A stretch of 64,000 nucleotides of DNA. Origin: Patescibacteria group bacterium UBA2773. Lineage in GTDB: Bacteria; Patescibacteriota; Minisyncoccia; Moranbacterales; DUUL01. The stretch lies in the NCBI GenBank assembly GCA_002352465.1, contig DEIN01000014.1, positions 4,429-68,428 of the forward strand, written 5' to 3'. The translations under genes were made by a program, and so were the position numbers. Under the pieces are notes generated by a model. The model saw nothing but the letters and a program-made list of their open reading frames with translations, searched no databases and had not been told where the DNA came from. Shown here piece by piece: positions 38,673 through 46,660 of this stretch. Position 1 is the first letter of the stretch; the number at the start of each line of letters is the position of its first letter.

Positions 38673-39560
38673 TTATTTCGTAGAAATTTGCTCGATAGAA
38701 AATTTTATTAGATTAGCCAACAAATCTGGCATATCCTGACTCTTTCCATTTATATCAACATATACAATCTCTTGATGAGCCCTGATGTTAATAATTTCTT
38801 TCTTATTTTCCACAAGAGTTGTATACTCAGCCTCTAGAAAGAAACTACGCTCTGTCTCGCCCATCCCAATAACTTTAAGACGAACAATTACATCAGTCCC
38901 TCTTAAAACTGGTCTAAAATATTCATACTCAGCGTTTCTCGTCGCCAAGCCATAATGTCTAGACTTAATGTCTTCCAAAAAATTTGGAAGGAAAAAGATC
39001 CCAAATTCTTCCCTCGTATCACCGAATAATTCAGCAATTTTTGCTATCTCCAAATAACCCTGAGGAGACAAACTTCTAGTCACACTTAATTTATGAGGGA
39101 AAATACCGCTTTGAGTATTATCAAAATACTCAGGAATATTTTTTTGTTTAGTAAAAAATATTTTTTGCTGACCAATCGAATGAAGCTGATCACCTTCAAA
39201 AAATCTGGTCTCAAAAATAAAATATTCTTCGGTAGTTTCTTTTATTTTCAGCGTCACTTTTACAGTATCACCAAAATAAAAATTCTTAATATACCTAAAG
39301 CTTGTCCTTGTTAGAATTTTTCCTTGAACAAAAAAATTCTGATTTTTATATTGAGGAAGATACTTTAAGACAAAAAGTTCTCTCGCTTCCTCTAGAATTG
39401 ACAAAAACTCAGATTGATACATATTTCTTTCAGCATTTGTCCGCGAAAGAAAAACTGTAAAATCTGCTGAAAATTCACCTAAATCAAAAAGAGCCTCAAA
39501 AAAAGCTCTAACAAAGCCCATTTCTTCTTTAACTTTAACTTCTGCTTTTTTCGTTAACAT
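38673..39560 (-). CDS. Acyl-ACP thioesterase-like (double hotdog), tentative
   Basis: The 295-aa size and overall pattern resemble the FatA/B-type thioesterase family. It is co-oriented with the ACP-like gene. Confidence 0.3.
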   Translation of the reverse strand: MLTKKAEVKVKEEMGFVRAFFEALFDLGEFSADFTVFLSRTNAERNMYQSEFLSILEEARELFVLKYLPQYKNQNFFVQGKILTRTSFRYIKNFYFGDTVKVTLKIKETTEEYFIFETRFFEGDQLHSIGQQKIFFTKQKNIPEYFDNTQSGIFPHKLSVTRSLSPQGYLEIAKIAELFGDTREEFGIFFLPNFLEDIKSRHYGLATRNAEYEYFRPVLRGTDVIVRLKVIGMGETERSFFLEAEYTTLVENKKEIINIRAHQEIVYVDINGKSQDMPDLLANLIKFSIEQISTK

Positions 39561-39691
39561 GAAAGCTCCTTTATTAAATTTTCAAAGTAAATTTTTCGTT
39601 ACAAAATTCCGGATTAATTTTAAAAATAAAATCAACACGCAATTTTCTAAAATATTTCAAGAATCTTTCGAAACTAATTCAATTGATAATT

Positions 39692-39901
39692 CTATTTATC
39701 GCAACAGACAACCACCAGCGAAATCAACCAAATAATCAACATACTTCCTATCAAAACCATTAATTTAACTAATAAAGCTTCTAATTCTGAATTATCAAGT
39801 CCCGCGCTCATTTTCAAATAATTTATTCCAATCGCTCCAGTAAAAAATAAGAAAACAATTGTTTCAACTTTAAACCAAATTGATAATTCTTTCTTTTTCA
39901 T
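39692..39901 (-). CDS. Small membrane protein
   Basis: 69 aa with two TM segments. Confidence 0.3.
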   Translation of the reverse strand: MKKKELSIWFKVETIVFLFFTGAIGINYLKMSAGLDNSELEALLVKLMVLIGSMLIIWLISLVVVCCDK

Positions 39902-40280
39902 TTTTTTGTTTTAATTTTTTATTTTTTTTCAAAAATCAATTTATCAATAAATTTACACAAAAACCAAGCGAAAAGCTTGGTTTTTTATTTTATCTTCATT
40001 TTTTTCAATTTGTATTTCTCGCCCCAACCCAAAATATTCATTTCTGCGACCAAGAAATCTTTTTATATATATATCTATTTTTTTAAATAAATATTTTTTC
40101 ATTTGATCTGAATTAATTACTTATTCCAGATGTTAATATTATGACTTGTAAAAAAATATTTGTCAAGGTAAAATGAAACAAAATTATATAACAATCTTAA
40201 AATCCTTTTAAACAAAAGCTTTTTACTATTAATTTTAATTAAATAATTTTGAACATTTTAAAATAACTTCCATAAAAAAT

Positions 40281-40309
40281 TTGCAACTTTAACAAAAATA
40301 TGGCATAAT
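40281..40309 (+). promoter_or_regulatory. Putative sigma-70 promoter (TTGCAA-17-CATAAT)
   Basis: About 30 nt upstream of the TrmB-like gene. Confidence 0.4.
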
Positions 40310-40339
40310 TCAACACTATTAAAATTTTAGATTAATCGA

Positions 40340-41053
40340 ATGAAAGACTATAACTATCTAGCTAGCGAACTTTGCAAACTAGGAATAGATAGAAAAGAAG
40401 CTGATATATATCTGATTTTACTTAAATCAGGCCATTGCAGTGTACAAAAAATTGCCGAGAAAATTGGATTAAGTCGCCCAACCGTTTATCGAGTTTTGAA
40501 AAATCTACAAAAAAAGAATTTAATAAATACAGTCCAAGAAGGCAAAAGAAATTATTTTATTGCTGGCTCTCCCGACACTCTTTTGAATTTACTTCAAATA
40601 AGAAAAAGACAAGCCGAAGAACAAGAACGTGAATTTTTAAGAATCATCAACACCTTGCAAGACCAATATAGCTTTTCTTCTAAAGAAAATTCCATCGAAA
40701 CTTTCGCTGACAAAAAAAGACTTTTAGCTTTAGACAAGCTTTCCAATAGCTCTACTCAAAAAATTTGTATCTTTTCAACTCACTCAGACGAAAAACTCAA
40801 TCAAATTTTTTCTGATATTCAAAAAAAATTAGGATTTTCTTTTCAAATCAAACAACTTCATTCTTTTGAAATCAATAAAAAATCCCCTCAATACATTGAA
40901 AATAAATTTTTCGAAAATGATATCGCCGATCAAAACATTATAATTTCTGATAAAGTTTTTATTTTTGAAAAAAATACCATTCATATCGTCAAACAAAAAA
41001 AAGTTATCCAATCCTACCGATTGATGTTTGATTCTCTTTGGAAAAATTTATAA
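40340..41053 (+). CDS. TrmB-family transcriptional regulator
   Basis: N-terminal wHTH region (LGIDRKEADIYLILLKSGHCSVQKIAEKIGLSRPTVYRVL). Confidence 0.55.
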   Translation: MKDYNYLASELCKLGIDRKEADIYLILLKSGHCSVQKIAEKIGLSRPTVYRVLKNLQKKNLINTVQEGKRNYFIAGSPDTLLNLLQIRKRQAEEQEREFLRIINTLQDQYSFSSKENSIETFADKKRLLALDKLSNSSTQKICIFSTHSDEKLNQIFSDIQKKLGFSFQIKQLHSFEINKKSPQYIENKFFENDIADQNIIISDKVFIFEKNTIHIVKQKKVIQSYRLMFDSLWKNL

Positions 41054-41059
41054 ATACTA

Positions 41060-41092
41060 AAAAAATCGCCCTTGAGAGGCGATTTTTTTATT
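41060..41092. terminator. Bidirectional rho-independent terminator
   Basis: AAAAAAATCGCCCTTGAGAGGCGATTTTTTTATTTT between convergent genes. Confidence 0.6.
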
Positions 41093-41105
41093 TTGAATAT
41101 CTTTT

Positions 41106-41933
41106 TTATTCAATGACTTTAATTTTGTATTTAACTCCATGCATTACTCCAGGAACAGTAATTTCACCATCTTCATTAGTTATTACTTCTCCAGCAAAAG
41201 TCTTAACTTTTTCTGGTCCTAAATAGGCCCATAGATGAACTTTAGTGGCCTCTTCAATTTCTTCGCCTTTTTCTGTTAACACTGTTGCTTTCAAAATAAA
41301 TGGAAGTGCTACGTCTCGATCACCTGATTTATATTTAAATTTATATTTTCCAGGCAAAACATTAATAACTTCTAACACCTGATTTTCATCAGTTCTTCCA
41401 TAGAAAGATGAAAACCAATCACTATCATCGATTTTGGCTTTACATTTAATTCTAGTTTTACCCTCTTTTTTGCTAACACTTGAATCATCATTGTCGCTCA
41501 ACTCAAACTTATATTCAACATCAGCACTCAACCCAGCTTTTTTCAACCAACCATCCTCGTCAGTTTGGACTGTTCCAATAGCAGTTTTAACCCCCGCCGC
41601 AGTGTTGTAAAACAAATCAACGTTGGTTTTTTCCTTTAATCTTCTGCCATCCAAATCTAACATTCTGGCCTCAACAGCCACGGTCTGACTAGAATGAGTA
41701 TCATCATCATTTATTTTAAGCTTATACCAACCTGGCAACACATTTTTAATTTTCAGAACTCCATCATCATTAGTATCCATAGTCAAAGACCGAAACCAAT
41801 CATTTCCTTGCTCTGAATAAAATTTAACTCTGGTGTCATCAGCATTAGTCCCTGAAAGTGCTTGAGAAGCCAAAGGCACAATCAAAAATCCTCCGATTAC
41901 TAAAACCGTCATTTTAAAAACATTTTGTTTCAT
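41106..41933 (-). CDS. Hypothetical secreted protein (Ig-like / carboxypeptidase-regulatory-like repeats?)
   Basis: Signal peptide MKQNVFKMTVLVIGGFLIVPLASQA followed by a repeated beta-rich pattern. Confidence 0.3.
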   Translation of the reverse strand: MKQNVFKMTVLVIGGFLIVPLASQALSGTNADDTRVKFYSEQGNDWFRSLTMDTNDDGVLKIKNVLPGWYKLKINDDDTHSSQTVAVEARMLDLDGRRLKEKTNVDLFYNTAAGVKTAIGTVQTDEDGWLKKAGLSADVEYKFELSDNDDSSVSKKEGKTRIKCKAKIDDSDWFSSFYGRTDENQVLEVINVLPGKYKFKYKSGDRDVALPFILKATVLTEKGEEIEEATKVHLWAYLGPEKVKTFAGEVITNEDGEITVPGVMHGVKYKIKVIE

Positions 41934-41976
41934 ATTTATTTTTTATTTTTTAATCCTCCTAATTTTTAAAGCTTCT

Positions 41977-42918
41977 TCAAATTCTAATTATAAAATCTTC
42001 CAAAGCTTCCTTGATATTAATTCTCCCAGATTTAGAATTTATGTCAAGTGAAGATGCTTTTTTATAAATTTTTTTGATTTGACCAACATCGAAACGCCCC
42101 AATTGAGACAAGGTTTTTTGAGCCACATAAGGGTGCAAACCAGTTTTTTGAGCTATTCCTTGAGGGCTAAAAATTCCTTTTTCTTTCTGACTAGAAACCA
42201 AAGCCAAATTTCTTATCTGAAAAATCATCATTGATAAAATATAGAAACAATCAGCGCCTTGACTAATCAAAGAATTTAAAAGATTAAAAGCCACTTTTTT
42301 ATTTTGGTTTCCAATAGCATCCACCAAATCGAAAATCTTTACTGTTATTTTACCCGAGCACATTTCATCGACATCTTTTTCAACGATGACTTCCCCTGAT
42401 TTAAAATTGACAAGCTTTTCTAATTCTCGATCCAATGCCCAAAGATTTTCACCCAAAATCATTCTCAATTTTCGAACCGCTCCTGGCTCAATTTCTGCCA
42501 ATCCTTTCAATTTATCTAAAATAAATTTCTCAATTTCCAACCCAGTTATTTTTTTAAATTCAGTCAACTCCCCCTTTCTTTTAAGATAATTTAATAATTT
42601 ATTAGCTCGAGGTTTTCCTCGCCAAGTAATAAACACTAAAATATCGACCGAAAAACTAAACTTATTTTTAAAAAAATCTAAAATCCGCTCCTGCTCTCCA
42701 GCACTATATTCAAAAATATCTTGTAAGATAACCATTTTTTTTTGAGCGAACAATCCTCCACCCTGACTCAAAGAACGAAAAAAATCTTCGACCAAGCTTT
42801 CGCCACCGTCAAAGATTTCCACCAGAGTTTGAGGATTTTTTTCTGTAAAATCTTTTTTTAGCGTCTGGATTGACTGATGAACTAAAAAATCTTCTTCCCC
42901 ATAAAATACTCTTAACAA
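41977..42918 (-). CDS. holA: DNA polymerase III delta subunit
   Basis: 313 aa. I matched the N-terminal and central regions to HolA-type clamp-loader delta from memory only. Confidence 0.55.
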   Translation of the reverse strand: MLRVFYGEEDFLVHQSIQTLKKDFTEKNPQTLVEIFDGGESLVEDFFRSLSQGGGLFAQKKMVILQDIFEYSAGEQERILDFFKNKFSFSVDILVFITWRGKPRANKLLNYLKRKGELTEFKKITGLEIEKFILDKLKGLAEIEPGAVRKLRMILGENLWALDRELEKLVNFKSGEVIVEKDVDEMCSGKITVKIFDLVDAIGNQNKKVAFNLLNSLISQGADCFYILSMMIFQIRNLALVSSQKEKGIFSPQGIAQKTGLHPYVAQKTLSQLGRFDVGQIKKIYKKASSLDINSKSGRINIKEALEDFIIRI

Positions 42919-42944
42919 AGTTTTTATTTATTATTTAGATGCTC

Positions 42945-44156
42945 TCAATTGACCAAATCCTCGGCATAAGAAACGCCCGGATCCCAATCAACTTTCATAT
43001 TTGGATAAACCACATTTATCCAAATTTGACCAGTCACAAATTTAATATTCATTCCATTGGCATCAGTCAAAATTAATTTTGAATCCATCTTTAATTTATC
43101 TTTATTCCATCGGCCTTGAATTTTTTCACCGTTCATAAAAAAATAGGCTTCGCCAGAATCGATGCTGTCATACCAAGGATCACCTAATTCCATATTATTA
43201 TAATGAGGATCTTCTTCAGCTGGTTCATCTTTAGCCAACAAAACCACCACGTTTTTAGGGGTAATCAAATTACCATTATTTCGATCAGTTTGTTTTTCGC
43301 CTCCCCAATATCTAATATATGAATTGGTGGTCTTATCGTAATCATAATTAACAAGCTGACCATCATTATCGTAATAACCTATTTCCAAGGTTCCCTTTTC
43401 AATTCTTTTTTCTTCTGATAAATCTGCTTGATGAGCATAACCTTCAAAATTACTAGTCATTCTATAACCAGCCTTATCAGCCTCTTCTAATAAGGTGTTA
43501 AATTTAACATAAGCACTATCTAAATGACTTAAATCGGGTGCATCTTGTTTTCGAAAACAACTGCTAGCGATCGAATATCCTGCATCTCCATTACAATTCA
43601 AATTGTCAATCACTCCATTATCTAAATTTTCGATAAAAGAATCCAATTGAGCTCGTCCCCAATGAGCAAAAATTGCATCGAAGCCTTTGGCTAAATGAAC
43701 AAAATCAGGGCGAGCACTTCTAATTGACCCAATTTCTTCTGGATTTCCACAAATATAAACGCCCATTAGCCTGGTTTTGCTAGTAGTCAAGACCGGCATC
43801 TCCACTACCATATCTGCATCAAAAAAACCTGCCAAAGGCCTAGTTGATAAATCAGATGGTTGCATCACTGCAATTGGTCTTCGATTCCAATTCTCGCAAG
43901 CCAAACCAGAAATCGGACTAACATCTCCTTGGTTGATCGCTTCTTGCTTAACATTTCCTGGGTCAATTTCAATCAATTCTCCTTGACGAGAACTTTGGTC
44001 ACCCACTGCCCACCAAGCAACTCCAGTAATAAAAATAATAACAACGAAAAAAGCCACCCATTTCTTCCAAAGAAAATCGTGCCCTTTCACTGGTTTTTGA
44101 CCTAAGTCAGGCTGACCAGCAAATTGTTTGTTATAATCGTTTGGATCAATATTCAT
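42945..44156 (-). CDS. DUF3048 (YerB-like) domain membrane-anchored protein, tentative
   Basis: N-terminal TM segment; 403 aa. Confidence 0.35.
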   Translation of the reverse strand: MNIDPNDYNKQFAGQPDLGQKPVKGHDFLWKKWVAFFVVIIFITGVAWWAVGDQSSRQGELIEIDPGNVKQEAINQGDVSPISGLACENWNRRPIAVMQPSDLSTRPLAGFFDADMVVEMPVLTTSKTRLMGVYICGNPEEIGSIRSARPDFVHLAKGFDAIFAHWGRAQLDSFIENLDNGVIDNLNCNGDAGYSIASSCFRKQDAPDLSHLDSAYVKFNTLLEEADKAGYRMTSNFEGYAHQADLSEEKRIEKGTLEIGYYDNDGQLVNYDYDKTTNSYIRYWGGEKQTDRNNGNLITPKNVVVLLAKDEPAEEDPHYNNMELGDPWYDSIDSGEAYFFMNGEKIQGRWNKDKLKMDSKLILTDANGMNIKFVTGQIWINVVYPNMKVDWDPGVSYAEDLVN

Positions 44157-44379
44157 ATTTGTTTTTAAGAATTATTAAAATAACTTTTTGATATCTACTT
44201 GCAATTTACTAGATAAGCAATCCTTGATGTCTTAGTCCAATGTTCAGCGTTATCGGACCTCAGTCATCAGCCAACAGCCAACCATCGTTAATAACTGATT
44301 GCCGATTACTGATTGCTGATGACTCATTTTATAAAAAAATACATCAAAAATAGGAAAAATAAATTAAAAAAATTTTAAG

Positions 44380-45237
44380 CTATTTTTGACAAGAAGAACA
44401 CCAAAAAGTGCTTCTTTGAGCAATTTTTATCCTTTCTATCGTGCCATCACAATTAAAACACTTCTGACCTTTTTTATTATACACTTTTAAAACTTTTTGA
44501 AAACCCCCCGGCGCCCCACTCGAATCACGATAATCACTATCAGTTGTCCCTCGCAATTTAATCGCTTTTTTCAAGATTTTGATGATTGCTTGATACAATT
44601 TTTCAAGCTCTTTTTTCTTCAAACTTCCAGCTGTTCGTCTGGGATCAATTCGAGATTCAAACAAAGCCTCCGAGGCATAGATATTTCCGATACCAACAAT
44701 CAAAGCCTGATCCATAATCAGAACTTTAATATTCTTGCTTTTTTTATTACGAGTTAACTGCCAAAAATATTTCAAATCAAAATATTTTTCTAATGGCTCA
44801 ACTCCAAGCTTTACCAAGTCCTCATTAACCTCTAACTTGTCCTTGACTATTAACTGAATTTTTCCGAACTTTCTCAAATCAGAAAATTCCAACTGAGCTT
44901 TCTTCTCGTCTCGCTCCAAAAACCAAATATGCCGAATATATTGATTAATTCGTTCTTTAAAATATTTACTATTTTTTGAAACTTCGTCTTTAAACAAAAG
45001 ATGACCAGTCATTTTCAAGTGAACCAACATCACCCAATTATTACTCAAAAAAATCAAAATATTTTTCCCACGTCTTTCAACTTTTTCAACTACCTGACCA
45101 CTAATTTCTTTTTTAAAAATTTTCAACGACAATTTAACCGACTTCTCCCAGTCAGTCCAAAAATCAACGATTTTATAACCAATAATTTTTTCTCTCAAAT
45201 CTCGCACGACTGTCTCAACCTCTGGTAATTCTGGCAT
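44380..45237 (-). CDS. mutM: Formamidopyrimidine-DNA glycosylase
   Basis: MPELPEVETV N-terminus with the catalytic Pro2, and a C-terminal zinc finger CFNCDGTIERIKIAQRSTFWCSSCQ. I chose the ATG at 45237; the track ORF starts 17 codons earlier. Confidence 0.85.
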   Translation of the reverse strand: MPELPEVETVVRDLREKIIGYKIVDFWTDWEKSVKLSLKIFKKEISGQVVEKVERRGKNILIFLSNNWVMLVHLKMTGHLLFKDEVSKNSKYFKERINQYIRHIWFLERDEKKAQLEFSDLRKFGKIQLIVKDKLEVNEDLVKLGVEPLEKYFDLKYFWQLTRNKKSKNIKVLIMDQALIVGIGNIYASEALFESRIDPRRTAGSLKKKELEKLYQAIIKILKKAIKLRGTTDSDYRDSSGAPGGFQKVLKVYNKKGQKCFNCDGTIERIKIAQRSTFWCSSCQK

Positions 45238-45309
45238 AAATTTAGTTAAAAGATTAAAAAGTTCGTAAAATCTAAAGCAAAAAGGCATCTTCGTGCCTCA
45301 TTAAATATT

Positions 45310-46446
45310 TTATTTGAATACACTGATAACTTCTAAAACCGCTCCCAAGACAAAAGCTAAAGCTAAAATTATCGCCAAATTTTTACTTAAATTATTTTTC
45401 AAAAGTATTATCCGCTTTTTCTTTCGTTTAACTTTAAAATAAACTCCAATTAAAATTATACCATACAGCCCCCCAGTAATTGCCCCCGTCAATCCAATCA
45501 CCCCAGTCAAATCTCTTATTCCCCCCAAATACAAAATGAACGGAACACTACTAGCCAGAAACCAAGCTACATTTTTATTAATTCCTTGATCCCACCAATA
45601 AACTTCTCGAAGCGATTGCGAAATAATAATATAAGATGTGACGACTGCTAGCAACCCAAAAATCAAAACGGAATTGACGATTCGACTGTCTAAACGAGAA
45701 CTCAACCCCACTAAAACATCTGGACTAGTATTTACACCTGTCACCCCAATCATTAAAAAAGCAAAAAAGGCGATCAAAGCCACCGGCAAAATAGTGCCCC
45801 AAATAAGGGCACTTCGAATTTTTCTTTTTTTATTTTTCAAAAGACGACAAATTTCTGGGATAGCCGCTTGTCCCCCAATTGCAAAAAAAACCACCCCATA
45901 AGGCAATAACAAATTCTTGAAATTTAATAATTCATAATTATCAATATTCCAATAACCGATACTTCTCCAACTCAATCCACCAATTGCCAGAACCAACAAA
46001 ATCGTCAAAAAAACTTCTGCTTTAGCAATTAGCTTTAAACCAAAAATAACGACAATAGTTTCAACAATAAATAATAAAACCGTATATAAAAATTCCGTTC
46101 CGCCCAACAAAGGACTCAAAAGTTGATGCAAAAAAATTCCGCCCAAAATAATATAAGCCAATAAAGTTCCGTGTTTCCCCAAAAGCGCAATAAAAAAAGC
46201 AACCCTCTTTAGAAAACCATTGTAATAAATTCCAACATATCCAACCATTCGATGATTTCTGGAATTAGATAAAATAATTTCCGCATAAATTAAGTGCAAA
46301 GTCAATTGAATGCTAAATAAAATCGGAAAATAAATTAGAATCGACAAAATTCCCGCTTTTTGAATAGCATAAGGCACCGCAAAAATCCCAGCACCCAAGA
46401 CCGTTCCCACTAAAAGTGCCACTGCCTTAAAATAATTCTTACTCAT
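45310..46446 (-). CDS. Amino-acid permease of the aromatic/hydroxy amino acid (TyrP/Mtr-like) family
   Basis: N-terminal GTVLGAGIFAVP motif and 11 predicted TM segments. Confidence 0.5.
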   Translation of the reverse strand: MSKNYFKAVALLVGTVLGAGIFAVPYAIQKAGILSILIYFPILFSIQLTLHLIYAEIILSNSRNHRMVGYVGIYYNGFLKRVAFFIALLGKHGTLLAYIILGGIFLHQLLSPLLGGTEFLYTVLLFIVETIVVIFGLKLIAKAEVFLTILLVLAIGGLSWRSIGYWNIDNYELLNFKNLLLPYGVVFFAIGGQAAIPEICRLLKNKKRKIRSALIWGTILPVALIAFFAFLMIGVTGVNTSPDVLVGLSSRLDSRIVNSVLIFGLLAVVTSYIIISQSLREVYWWDQGINKNVAWFLASSVPFILYLGGIRDLTGVIGLTGAITGGLYGIILIGVYFKVKRKKKRIILLKNNLSKNLAIILALAFVLGAVLEVISVFK

Positions 46447-46660
46447 CTTTTGTTCTTTATTCCAAAAATAAAATACTTTCTCTCAATTATAATTTTAAAA
46501 AATACTTTGTTTGATTTAATATCAATTTTTAATTTTTAATTTTTAAACTTCGCGTACAAGATATTTAGAATTTAAAAATTAAAGTTTACCTGCCTGCTAA
46601 CAGACAAGGTTCATGAAATTAAAAAATTATCATACTGTATACTAGATACTAAATACTTTT

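Noticed and set aside
39880-40086. ORF 39880-40086 (68 aa) and the small ORFs 19877-20077 and 20010-20201
   Set aside because: The translations are phenylalanine- and leucine-rich low-complexity runs from AT-rich DNA. They overlap a terminator hairpin or a better-supported ORF on the other strand.
45238-45288. Longer mutM start (MPFCFRF...) preceded by GAGG
   Set aside because: Fpg/MutM needs Pro2 at the mature N-terminus, and PELPEVE must be N-terminal. The extension would bury the catalytic proline.
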